Positions 18,544 to 27,467 of a stretch of 64,000 bases of DNA are shown piece by piece. The DNA comes from Steroidobacteraceae bacterium (GTDB lineage: Bacteria > Pseudomonadota > Gammaproteobacteria > Steroidobacterales > Steroidobacteraceae). The DNA lies in the NCBI GenBank assembly GCA_035548535.1, contig DASZSS010000245.1, positions 483 through 64,482 of the forward strand, written 5' to 3'. Each line of letters opens with the position of its first letter. Position 1 is the first letter of the stretch. The notes beneath the pieces were generated by a model. It did no database searches. It was not told where the DNA came from and worked only from the letters and a program-made list of their open reading frames with translations. Made by a program: the position numbers and the translations under genes.

Positions 18544-19975
18544 CCCCTCCGACAGCGGCGCCATTGCGGACGAGCTGCGCCGGCTCGCAGCCGGAATCGG
18601 CACATCGATCCTTTCGCATCTCGCGTCGCGCGACGATTTCGGCATGCGCACGTTTTACGGCGAGGCCTTCACGCTCGCGCTGCTCACGCGCCTCCGCGCG
18701 CTGGATGCGTGCGTCGAACGCAAGCTCCTGCGGGCATTCGCAGCCAAGGATCGCACCGACTCGCAGTACCACTGGGAGTTCAATCACTACGGCATGCTCG
18801 AAGCGGGCCGTTTGCAAACGCCGCTCGTCTTCAAGCACACGCCCTGCACGAACTGGACGCTGCTGCGCGCGGCCGTTCAAGTGCGCTCGGGCACGGACGC
18901 CGAGCGCGGTCTGCAGGTCGCGCTCGCGAAGCTCGCCCGCATGCAGAACAACGCGGGTCTCATCCTGGACGACCCGGGCGTGCGCTCATTTCAGTACCAC
19001 TGCTTCTCCGCGGCGATGATCTTCGAGACGTATCGCGCCACTCGGGAGGCGCGCCTGCTCCGCGCCTTCCAGCGCGCGGTCGCGTTCATCCGCCATTTCA
19101 TTCTGCCCAACGGCGACACGCTCTACATCGGACGCGGTCAGCAGCAATCGTTCGGCTATGCGTCGCTTGCCTACATCCTGAGCGCGGCATGCACGCTCTT
19201 TGAAGATCCGACGCTGCTCGACGATCTGCTGCGCGTCACGCGTCGCATCCGCGCGCACGTTCGGGCCGACGGATCATTGCCATTGGTAATCGGCGGCGGC
19301 GAGGAACCGCTCCCTCATCCCGATGCGCCCCATCTCGACCCGCGCTATCCCGGCTGGTACGCCTACAACAATCATTTCGACTACCTGCCGTTCAGCGGAT
19401 TGTTCCTGCACAAGGCGGCGGAGCTGTTGTCCGAGGCGCGTGTGACGCGCGCGCGGCCCGTCGTTCAGGAGGACTATCGCGATCGCGACTTCCTGAAGAT
19501 GGTCGCAGGCGGCACCATCGCCATCGTCGCGCGCCCCGGCGGGTATTGGACGAATGATCTCCCGGTGCCGTACGTATACAGCGACGGACGCGCGCGCACC
19601 GGATGTTACGGTGGCGAACAGTTCGGCAGAAGCATCTACTCGGTACGCGGCATTCCGCTGCCCATGCACGGCTCGCGCTCGCTGCGCTGGCGATCGCTGA
19701 GCTTCTTTCTGGGCCGCACGCTCGTCGTGCTGTCGCCGTTGGGTGCGCTGATTCGGCGCTATGAAGTCCGTGAGCGTCGGGTCGACATCCATTCGCGGAT
19801 GCTTTCGCTGCTCGCGTTCCGCGACCGCTACCTGTTCCCTCCCGATGGTCCCGTCGTCCGCTCGCCACGCGACTTGCAACCCGCCGGGGTCGAGTACTCC
19901 GCATCGGGTGCGCTGCTCGCGTTCGAAGCGAACAGCGTTGGCGACGTCTCGCTGGAGTTCCCCGCATGTCAGTGA
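18527..19975 (+). CDS. hypothetical soluble protein, possibly an alpha/alpha-toroid polysaccharide-modifying enzyme
   Basis: 482 aa from the ATG at 18527, which overlaps the flippase 3' end by 17 nt. The N-half is helix-rich (FYGEAFTLALLTRL..., QYHCFSAAMIFETY..., FGYASLAYILSAA) and the C-half looks beta-rich. No motif is firmly recognised. Confidence 0.6.
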   Translation: MTLPPDPSDSGAIADELRRLAAGIGTSILSHLASRDDFGMRTFYGEAFTLALLTRLRALDACVERKLLRAFAAKDRTDSQYHWEFNHYGMLEAGRLQTPLVFKHTPCTNWTLLRAAVQVRSGTDAERGLQVALAKLARMQNNAGLILDDPGVRSFQYHCFSAAMIFETYRATREARLLRAFQRAVAFIRHFILPNGDTLYIGRGQQQSFGYASLAYILSAACTLFEDPTLLDDLLRVTRRIRAHVRADGSLPLVIGGGEEPLPHPDAPHLDPRYPGWYAYNNHFDYLPFSGLFLHKAAELLSEARVTRARPVVQEDYRDRDFLKMVAGGTIAIVARPGGYWTNDLPVPYVYSDGRARTGCYGGEQFGRSIYSVRGIPLPMHGSRSLRWRSLSFFLGRTLVVLSPLGALIRRYEVRERRVDIHSRMLSLLAFRDRYLFPPDGPVVRSPRDLQPAGVEYSASGALLAFEANSVGDVSLEFPACQ

Positions 19976-20718
19976 GTATCGTGATCCCGACGTTCCGGCG
20001 ACCCGAGATGCTGGCACGTCTGCTCGCGAGCATTGCGGCTCAGACCTACCAACGCTACGAAGTCATCGTCGTCGACGACGGCTCGGCACTCAGCGACTAC
20101 GCACCGGTGCTCGCCGCGATGCGGCCGCGACTGCCGCGGCTCACCTTCCTGCGCAACGACTCGAACCGGGGCGCGTGCTATTGCCGGAATCGGGGTATCT
20201 TTCAGGCGCAACACACGCTGATCGCACTGGTCGACGATGACGATGAGTGGCTGCCGCACAAGCTCGAGCGTCAAGTGCAGGCATTCGCCGAGGCCCCCGC
20301 AAGCGTTGGCCTCGTATACACGTGGACGGACGTCGTCGAAAACGGCGTACGCACGCCGCTCTATCGAGCGACGATCGAGGGCCGCAGCCTGCCGCGGCTA
20401 CTCGGCGAGTGCTTCATCCCTTCACCGTCGGTGATGGCTCGACGCGCGGCGTTGTTCGAAGCCGGCCTGTTCGACGAAACCCTGCCGAGCTGCCAGGACT
20501 GGGACATGTGGACGCGCATCCTCGCGTGCGGCTACGAGGCGCGCGTCGTGCCCGAGGTGCTCGCCCTCTATCACAAGCACGGCGCGCCTTCAGTGGGGAC
20601 TTCGCCGCGCGCGCGAGCCGGTTACACCCGCTATTACCGCAAGCATTTCTGGAAGCTCGTGCGCTTCGGCCAATGGCGTCATCTCGCCCGCTACGCACGG
20701 TTGACGGTGGGAGTATGA
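19966..20718 (+). CDS. family 2 glycosyltransferase
   Basis: 250 aa. Motifs are VSIVIPTFRRPEMLARLLASIAAQTY, VIVVDDGS and LVDDDDEW. Confidence 0.85.
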   Translation: MSVSIVIPTFRRPEMLARLLASIAAQTYQRYEVIVVDDGSALSDYAPVLAAMRPRLPRLTFLRNDSNRGACYCRNRGIFQAQHTLIALVDDDDEWLPHKLERQVQAFAEAPASVGLVYTWTDVVENGVRTPLYRATIEGRSLPRLLGECFIPSPSVMARRAALFEAGLFDETLPSCQDWDMWTRILACGYEARVVPEVLALYHKHGAPSVGTSPRARAGYTRYYRKHFWKLVRFGQWRHLARYARLTVGV

Positions 20719-22052
20719 GCGCCGCGTGGATCCTGCTGGGTTGGCTCGGCTTCTTCGTGCTCTGCCCGGTGCTGATGATCGGCGGACACTTCATCTACCC
20801 GCCCGAAATCTTCATTTACGCCGTGTTCGCAATCGGTCTCGTCCTGCCGAGCAAGGGCGCAAAGCGGCGCGCCCAGCAGCAACTGCCGATCGTGCGGCGT
20901 TTCGTGCAGCGGGCGCCCAAAGCGCAGCTCATCTATGCCGCGCTGTTCCTTGCGACCGCGCTGCTCACCGCGCATTTCGCCGGCGAGCGTGTCAACAACT
21001 ACGACGTCTTCATGCTCCGGAACATCCTGCAGGTCGGGTTGTGCCTCAAGCTGTTCGCGGACAAGGTGGTCCGGTTGGAGGCGGCCGACCAGCTCGATCA
21101 CCTCATCTTCAGCGCACTCCTACTGCTCAGCATCCCGGCGGCCATCGTGTTCCTGCAGCGCCTCGATCTATTCGACGTGCGCGCGCTCGTCATCGCGCTC
21201 TACAAGCCGCAATTCTTCTTTCTCAGTGAAGCGACGTTCAGCTCCTATCGGTACACGTCGGTGTTCAAGGACTTCTTCACCTCCGCGGTGTACTTCACGA
21301 TGCTCGGGGCGTTCATCTTCCACTTCAGCCTGCGCACGCGGCTCGGCATGGCGCACCGGCTGGCGCTCGTCGGGCTCCTCGCGTTCGTGTACGCCGCACA
21401 ACTCTTCGTCGCGCGCACGAGCCTGGTGATGATTCCGCTGCTGATCGGTGCGATCGCGCTCTTCGGCGCGCCGCTGCGCTCCGGCGTGCTGGTCAAGCGC
21501 GTGCTGCCGCTCGCCGCGGTCGGCATCATGACCGCCGCCGTCGTCGTGCCGTCGCTCCTGAAAGGCGGGCTCGTCAACTCGCGCTGGGCGATGGAGGGAC
21601 TCACCATCTTCTCGCATGAGGACCGGGCGAAATCGTCATCGTTCGCGGTCATGCAGCGCTGGTACGAGGCCATGGCCTCGGAGGCGTTCGCGGGGCGCTA
21701 CTCGTTGTTTGAGCCGCACCACTCCTACGACCTGACCGAACGCGAAGCGCCCGGCATTTACACCGACAGCTTCTACGGTCAAGAGCTCTATCGTTACGGC
21801 ATCTACGGCGCACTCGCGTATCTCGCCTACCTCGCGCTGATGATTCGGGCGGCGGCCCGCGCGAGTCGCTTCGCGCTGCTGCTCGTCGGTGCGCTCGCGA
21901 TCATGAATTTCAAGGGCGGCGATACGTTCTTCATGGCGAAGGACATCTATCTCTACGCATTCATTCTCGCCGTCGCACCCTATCTCGAGCACCGTCGCAC
22001 GCGCGGCGCGGAGACTGCGGTCGCACCGGCGGCGCTGCCCGCGGCGGCGTGA
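20715..22052 (+). CDS. Wzy/O-antigen-ligase-like polysaccharide polymerase
   Basis: 445 aa from the ATG at 20715 (ATGA overlap). The ORF-track extension to 20247 overlaps the GT2 gene. The protein is polytopic with a large loop, and its position in the operon fits a polymerase. Confidence 0.55.
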   Translation: MSAAWILLGWLGFFVLCPVLMIGGHFIYPPEIFIYAVFAIGLVLPSKGAKRRAQQQLPIVRRFVQRAPKAQLIYAALFLATALLTAHFAGERVNNYDVFMLRNILQVGLCLKLFADKVVRLEAADQLDHLIFSALLLLSIPAAIVFLQRLDLFDVRALVIALYKPQFFFLSEATFSSYRYTSVFKDFFTSAVYFTMLGAFIFHFSLRTRLGMAHRLALVGLLAFVYAAQLFVARTSLVMIPLLIGAIALFGAPLRSGVLVKRVLPLAAVGIMTAAVVVPSLLKGGLVNSRWAMEGLTIFSHEDRAKSSSFAVMQRWYEAMASEAFAGRYSLFEPHHSYDLTEREAPGIYTDSFYGQELYRYGIYGALAYLAYLALMIRAAARASRFALLLVGALAIMNFKGGDTFFMAKDIYLYAFILAVAPYLEHRRTRGAETAVAPAALPAAA

Positions 22053-22146
22053 CTCACACGGCGGGTCGCTGCGCTCGTCTTCATCGCTTCTTCACGTCGA
22101 TGCAACGTCCTCATGAGGAAATGCGGCACGGGAAACGGAGACGTGC

Positions 22147-23331
22147 GTGGCCCGAATCGCTTTCCTCACTCCGCAGCTTCCGCACCCCGCGATCAGCGGC
22201 GGTGTGATCAAGAGCCGTGCGCTGCTCGAGCACCTGAGCGCGCGCCACGAGGTGCGGCTGTTCTGTCTGCTGAAGAACGATGATGCCGAGCGTGTGAGCG
22301 CGTTCCGCGACGCCGTGCCGCTCGCCGATTTCCACGGCGCGCCCGTGGCGGTGCCCCGCTCGGCGGCCACTTTCCTCAAGAGTCTCGCGGCCGGACTGCC
22401 GCTGAGCGTCTATCGCAACCGCTCGGCGCTCATGCACGCGCTGGTCGCATCCGACCTCAGCGATGTCGACGTGCTGTTCGTCGACCACTTTCTGATGTTT
22501 CAGTACGTGCCCGAGCAGTTCGCCGGCCGCGTCGTGCTTCATCAGCACAACGCGGAGCATGTGATGTGGCAGCGCTATGCCAACCTCGCGCCGCTCGGGC
22601 TGCGACGCGCGGCAATCCACGCCGAAGCGGCGCGGATTCGGCGCTACGAGCGCGAGATCTGTCTGCGCTCGGATGCGGTGCTCGCCGCTCCCAACGACAT
22701 CGAGGCCCTCATCGCCGCGGGGGTGCCCGACGATCGCTTCATCGAGACGCTGCATCTCGGGGACGAGGCGCTGCTCGCGCAGCCCGACATCGAATTCGCG
22801 GCCACGGAGCCGCGGCTGCTGTTCGTCGGCTCGCTCGACTGGGAAGCCAACCGCGACGGCCTGCTCTGGTTTCTCGAGCACGTATGGCCGCTGCTCGTGT
22901 CCAGGCATCCGGGCCTGCGCCTCACGATCATCGGACGAAACGCGGACGAACGTCTGACACACGCGGCGCGGTCGCAGCCGGGCGTCGAGCTCGCCGGCTT
23001 CGTGGCCGATCTCGAGCCGTGGTACGCGCGCTCGCGCGTCTTCATCGCGCCGCTGCGCTTCGGCGGCGGCATCAAGGTCAAAGTCGTCAATGCGCTCTAT
23101 CGCGGGCTGCCGGTCGCGACCAGCGCGATCGGCGCCGAAGGCCTTGCCGTCACGAGCGGACGAGAGCTGCTGATCTCCGCGAGCGCCGAGGAAATGGCGC
23201 TCGATGTCGGGCTGTTGCTGACGGACGAGCCGCTCTGGCGCCGGGTGCGCGACGGCGCACGCGGCCTGGCGCGCGAAAAGTACGGGTGGCGCGCGTGTCT
23301 CGAGCGCGTCGAGGACGCTCTGTATGCTTGA
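22147..23331 (+). CDS. family 4 (GT-B) glycosyltransferase, PEP-CTERM/EpsH1-system-associated type
   Basis: 394 aa with a GTG start preceded by GGAG. The N-terminus is IAFLTPQLPHPAISGGVIKSRALLEHLSARHEVRLF. The C-terminal block is PLRFGGGIKVKVVNALYRGLPVATSAIGAEGL. Confidence 0.75.
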   Translation: MARIAFLTPQLPHPAISGGVIKSRALLEHLSARHEVRLFCLLKNDDAERVSAFRDAVPLADFHGAPVAVPRSAATFLKSLAAGLPLSVYRNRSALMHALVASDLSDVDVLFVDHFLMFQYVPEQFAGRVVLHQHNAEHVMWQRYANLAPLGLRRAAIHAEAARIRRYEREICLRSDAVLAAPNDIEALIAAGVPDDRFIETLHLGDEALLAQPDIEFAATEPRLLFVGSLDWEANRDGLLWFLEHVWPLLVSRHPGLRLTIIGRNADERLTHAARSQPGVELAGFVADLEPWYARSRVFIAPLRFGGGIKVKVVNALYRGLPVATSAIGAEGLAVTSGRELLISASAEEMALDVGLLLTDEPLWRRVRDGARGLAREKYGWRACLERVEDALYA

Positions 23332-24034
23332 GTTTGCAGGTCTTCCGTTCCGCGGCCTGACCCTGGACGACGTCTTCCGGCAGGAGCAAGGGCTGGCGCA
23401 GGTGGTGACGGTGAACGCGGAGTACATCGTGCTCGCGCATCGCGACGAGCGCCTCGCGCGCATCCTGTCGCGGGCGATCTCGACCTTCGACGGCCAGGTG
23501 CCCTACGCCCTGGCGCGCTTGCAGAACCCGAACGTGCGGTTCGAAAAGATCCCCGGGTCGGAGCTCGTCTATCACATCTGCGCGCGGGCTCACGCGCGGC
23601 ACGAACGGGTATTCCTGCTCGGCGGCCAGGCCGACTCTAATCGCGAGTCCGTGCGCAAGCTGCAGACGCTGTATCCGGGCCTGCACGTGGCCGGGTACTC
23701 GCCGCCGCACGCGCGTTATCCGTTTCCCGCCGCGAACGAGGCGGCGATTGCGGCCCATCTCGAGGCCTTCGCTCCCGACTATCTGTGCGTCGGCTTCGGC
23801 GCCGGCAAGCAGGACTATTGGATCGACGATCATCGCAAGGAGCTGGACGCCATGGGCGTGAAGCTCGCGGTCGGCGTCGGCGGCAGCTTCGAGATGATCT
23901 CGGGCAAATTGCCGCGCGCCCCGCGCATCGTGCAGCGTATGGGACTCGAAGGCGTCTATCGCCTGCTGCAGGAGCCGCGGGCGTTTCGTGTCCGCAGACT
24001 GCTGACGAGCCTCAAGCTCTTCTATTTCGTGTGA
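23324..24034 (+). CDS. WecG/TagA/CpsF-family glycosyltransferase
   Basis: 236 aa. Family-typical blocks are VVTVNAEYIVLAH, FDGQVPY, VFLLGG, PGLHVAGYSPP and CVGFGAGKQDYWI. Confidence 0.8.
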   Translation: MLEFAGLPFRGLTLDDVFRQEQGLAQVVTVNAEYIVLAHRDERLARILSRAISTFDGQVPYALARLQNPNVRFEKIPGSELVYHICARAHARHERVFLLGGQADSNRESVRKLQTLYPGLHVAGYSPPHARYPFPAANEAAIAAHLEAFAPDYLCVGFGAGKQDYWIDDHRKELDAMGVKLAVGVGGSFEMISGKLPRAPRIVQRMGLEGVYRLLQEPRAFRVRRLLTSLKLFYFV

Positions 24035-24894
24035 TCGCAAGCGCGCTGCTCGCCGCCGTCATCGGCATGCACGACACGCTCGGCGGCGAGCAGGCCGAGG
24101 GCTGGGCGCGCGTCTCGCGTCTCTGCGACACCCAGCCGCAGCTTTGGAGCGGCGACTTCGGCTACTCGCACATTCCCAACGACGACATTCGCCTTCGCGG
24201 ACGGCTCTTCGAGAAGGCTGCGCGGCTCGGCGCGCAAGGCGTGCAAATCACGTTGAGTTGGCATCAGTGCAACCCGACCGTCGATGAGCCCTGCACTTTC
24301 AAGAATGGCGTACAGAAGCCGTTGAGCGACGAGGAGTGGCGCGCGCTGCTCACGGACGGCTCGGCGCTCAATCGGCGCTGGCGCCGGCAAGAAGATCGGC
24401 TGGCGAGCTACCTGGAGAAGCTGCAGAAGCGTGGCGTCACGGTCCTCCTGCGCCCTTATCACGAAGCCAACATCCCGGGCTTTTGGTGGGCGAGCGACGA
24501 TGCCGCCCGCTCGGTCGAGCTGTGGCGCCAACTGCATCGGCACTTCACCGAAAAACGCGGCCTGCACAATCTGCGGTGGGTGTGGTCCGTGAGCTTGCAT
24601 CCGCGCTACTGGGCGCGCGTGGGCGACTACTATCCAGGCGACGCGTGGGTCGATGTCGTGGGGGTCGATGCGTATCCGCCAACGAAGGAAGGTCAGCCGG
24701 ACTACGCGCTCGCGTGGAATACGTTGCGAAGCATCGCGCCCACCAAGCCTTTGGTCCTCTCCGAAGTGAGTCGCCTGCCGACTGCGCAGGAGCTGCGCGC
24801 ACGACCGTGGGGCTACGTCGTTCCGTGGGGAATGAACATGCTGCTGAGGGACAACAGCGTGTCCCATATTTGCCGAGCGTACACGCGGCCGTGA
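24031..24894 (+). CDS. glycoside hydrolase family 26-like
   Basis: 287 aa if it starts at the in-frame GTG at 24031, which overlaps the upstream stop. An alternative ATG is at 24067. Motifs are ITLSWHQCNP, RPYHEANIPGFWWAS (acid/base Glu context), VGVDAYP and LVLSEVS (nucleophile Glu context). Confidence 0.65.
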   Translation: MIASALLAAVIGMHDTLGGEQAEGWARVSRLCDTQPQLWSGDFGYSHIPNDDIRLRGRLFEKAARLGAQGVQITLSWHQCNPTVDEPCTFKNGVQKPLSDEEWRALLTDGSALNRRWRRQEDRLASYLEKLQKRGVTVLLRPYHEANIPGFWWASDDAARSVELWRQLHRHFTEKRGLHNLRWVWSVSLHPRYWARVGDYYPGDAWVDVVGVDAYPPTKEGQPDYALAWNTLRSIAPTKPLVLSEVSRLPTAQELRARPWGYVVPWGMNMLLRDNSVSHICRAYTRP

Positions 24895-24936
24895 TCGTCG
24901 AGCTCTTCGCGCGGCGAGGCGCTCCGCGCGCATGTT

Positions 24937-25683
24937 TCAGTATGCGCGCTTCTCCGACTCGTCGGAGCCGTTCAGCACGGCCCCGAGCACCCGCACGCTG
25001 CTCAGCAATTCACGTACACGCGTGACGTCCTCGCGCTGGGTAACACCCTCGGTCACGACGAGCAGCACGCCATCGAGCAGCGGCGCGATCGTCAGCACGT
25101 CGTCGGTCAGTAGCACCGGCGGCAGGTCGAGAATGACGAGTCGATCGGAGTAGCGATTCTTCAGCTCTTCCAGCAGCTCGCGCGCGCGCGGACCGGCGAG
25201 CGCTTCGGAGCTGCCGGGCACCGGATGCAGCGTCGGCAGGACGCGAAAGCGTTCGATTCCTGCGAGCCGCACGAACAGCTCCGCGACCGGCCTCTCACCG
25301 GCAAACCACGCTTCGAGCCCGGCCCCGTCCGTGATGCCCAGCAGCGGCGCGATACTCGGGCGATGCAAATCCAGATCGACGAGCAACACCGTTTGATTCG
25401 GCTCGGCCGCCAGGCTCAGCGCCAGATTCGTGGCGGTGAGCGTCTTGCCCTCGCCGGCGACGGAGCTCACGACGCCGATCATGCGCAGTTTGTGCTGGCG
25501 CATCTGACGCAGCAGTTGCGTGCGGAGCATTCGATAAGCACCGGCCGGCGCGCCGGTCATGTCCGGAAACACGACGCGACGCTCGCTCGCACCGTGACGG
25601 TCGAGCGCGACTTCCCGCGCGGGAGCGGGGTGATGCGGCTCCGGCATGCGCGGAAGCTCCACGACGCGCTGAGTTCGGTCCAT
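24937..25683 (-). CDS. EpsG-type chain-length-determinant ATPase (BY-kinase-like)
   Basis: 248 aa from the ATG at 25683, preceded by GGGGA (the ORF track extends to 25785). Walker A is SSVAGEGKTLTA, Walker A' is LLVDLDLHRP and Walker B is LVILDLPP. Confidence 0.8.
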   Translation of the reverse strand: MDRTQRVVELPRMPEPHHPAPAREVALDRHGASERRVVFPDMTGAPAGAYRMLRTQLLRQMRQHKLRMIGVVSSVAGEGKTLTATNLALSLAAEPNQTVLLVDLDLHRPSIAPLLGITDGAGLEAWFAGERPVAELFVRLAGIERFRVLPTLHPVPGSSEALAGPRARELLEELKNRYSDRLVILDLPPVLLTDDVLTIAPLLDGVLLVVTEGVTQREDVTRVRELLSSVRVLGAVLNGSDESEKRAY

Positions 25684-25697
25684 GTCCGTTCCCCTGC

Positions 25698-27467
25698 CTA
25701 CGGTCCGAAGCGGCGCAACGCCGCGAACCACAGCACATCGAGTGGTTTGTAGAGAAGATGAATCGTGATCACGCCGGCAATACACGCGACCGCAACCACG
25801 CCCACGGCCAGCCGTGCGCGGCGCTTCGCCAGCAGCACATCGGTCGCCGTCACGATACGCGGCACGATGGCCAGCGGCGCAGCACCGAGCAGCGACAGCA
25901 TGTCGCGCCTGCCACGCACGGTGTTGTCGAGCGCTTCGAGCAGCGCCACCACGCCTCCGGTCAGGCCGATTGTCAGCGCGAACCCCGCGAACAGGATCAG
26001 CGTGCGATTCGGGCTCACCGGCTTCTCGGGCGGCAACGGCGGCTCGATCAGCGTGAACTTCTCGCCCTTGCGGTCCGCTTCGAGATTCTGCGCGAGCTGC
26101 GCTTCCATCTGCTTGTTGCGCACTTCCTGATACTTGAGTTGCGAGCTCTCGTAGTCGCGCATCAACGCACGATACTCGCGCTCGATCTGCGGAGTCGCCG
26201 TGATCTTCTCGCGATACTCGGCGGCCTGCGCGCGCAGCTCCTGGATTTGCGCCTGTAGAGCGGCGATGTCGTTCTTGGTCGCGGAGAGCTGTCCCATCAA
26301 TTGAATGTATGCCGGATTGTCCGGGCTCTCCGTGCTGTCCGAGGGCTGCGCGGCGGCCGCCGGCTGGGTCGCCCGTTCCGCCGCGAGCGCGGCTTCCAGC
26401 GACGCGACCCGCCGTTCGAGCCGCTGCACGTCCGGATGATTCGCCGAGTACTTGTCGCGCACTTGCGCGAGCTGCGCGCGCGCGTCGTCCAGCTCACGCA
26501 ACAGATCGTTGGTGGCAGGCTGCGCGCCGACTTCCGCTTCGAGGCCGGCGATCTCGCGCTTCAAGCGCGCGATGTCGGGATGGATGGCGCCGTAGCGCGC
26601 CTGCGCACTGGCGAGCTGCGTCTTCAGCGCCTTGAGCCGATCGGCGGAGCTCATGACGCGCGTCCCGTCGTCGGTCATCAGCACCGAGTTCGGCTTGACT
26701 TGCGCGAGCTGCGCTTCGAGGAACACGCGCTGCTGATCGAGCGACATGAGCCGCGTCTCGTCATCACGCAACGTCTGCGACGTGCGATCGAGGAGCTGCA
26801 TGTTGAGCTGGGCGAGCTCCGGCAGCTCGTTCAGGTGCTGCGATTTGAACTGCGCGATCTTCGCTTCGAGGTCCGCGATATGCGCGCTGATGCGCGCGCT
26901 CTCGTCCTGCAGAAAGCTCGCCGCATCCTGGGCGAGCCGCGTGCGCTCGGTGAGATTCTCGTTCAAGTAGAGCGTCGTCAGCTCGTTGGCGACCTTGACC
27001 GCCTGCTCCGGAAATGCGCTCGTGTAGCCCACGCTGAACGCGATCGTCGCCTGGCGCGGGATGCCGCTGCGCGGGTCGACGACGTCCGCGCTGATCATTT
27101 TGAAGTCGATGTCGTCGCGCATGCGCTCGATCAGCTCCTCGCGCGACTCGCGCTTGCGCTGCTCCGAGTAGAGATCGAACTTCCGGATGATCTCGAGCAA
27201 GTTCTGCGTCGTCATCACGCGCTGACTGATCGTCTGCACGCGCTGATCGGCGTAGGACGTCACGGTCGAACGGACGAGATCCTGAGGCACCTCCTGCTGC
27301 TCGATCAGAATCGTCCCCGTGGAGCGGAAGCGCGCCGGCAGCAGGAACGCGAGCGCCAGGGTGATCGCGAGGCACACGACCGCGGTAGCGACGATCGTCT
27401 TGCGCCGGCGCTTGATGATGTCCACGTAGTCGCGCAGGCTGCGCTCGTCCTGTTCTTCTGCACTCAT
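25698..27467 (-). CDS. Wzz/GumC-like chain length determinant (EpsF-type polysaccharide co-polymerase)
   Basis: 589 aa from the ATG at 27467, with GGAG 11 nt upstream (the ORF track extends to 27608). It has an N-terminal Wzz block and TM (IIKRRRKTIVATAVVCLAITLALAFLLP), a long coiled-coil periplasmic region and a C-terminal TM. Confidence 0.8.
   Translation of the reverse strand: MSAEEQDERSLRDYVDIIKRRRKTIVATAVVCLAITLALAFLLPARFRSTGTILIEQQEVPQDLVRSTVTSYADQRVQTISQRVMTTQNLLEIIRKFDLYSEQRKRESREELIERMRDDIDFKMISADVVDPRSGIPRQATIAFSVGYTSAFPEQAVKVANELTTLYLNENLTERTRLAQDAASFLQDESARISAHIADLEAKIAQFKSQHLNELPELAQLNMQLLDRTSQTLRDDETRLMSLDQQRVFLEAQLAQVKPNSVLMTDDGTRVMSSADRLKALKTQLASAQARYGAIHPDIARLKREIAGLEAEVGAQPATNDLLRELDDARAQLAQVRDKYSANHPDVQRLERRVASLEAALAAERATQPAAAAQPSDSTESPDNPAYIQLMGQLSATKNDIAALQAQIQELRAQAAEYREKITATPQIEREYRALMRDYESSQLKYQEVRNKQMEAQLAQNLEADRKGEKFTLIEPPLPPEKPVSPNRTLILFAGFALTIGLTGGVVALLEALDNTVRGRRDMLSLLGAAPLAIVPRIVTATDVLLAKRRARLAVGVVAVACIAGVITIHLLYKPLDVLWFAALRRFGP

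Noticed and set aside
20247-20714. Long N-terminal extensions in the ORF track. Examples are 20247 for the polymerase, 23785 for GH26, 17122 for the flippase, 62026 for MoeA, 51854 for the FAD oxidase, 33105 for the porin, 31369 for the coiled-coil protein and 49642 for the PstS-like protein.
   Set aside because: The extensions overlap the preceding gene or intergenic DNA and encode Arg-rich nonsense. Internal starts give proper signal peptides, SD sequences or stop/start coupling.
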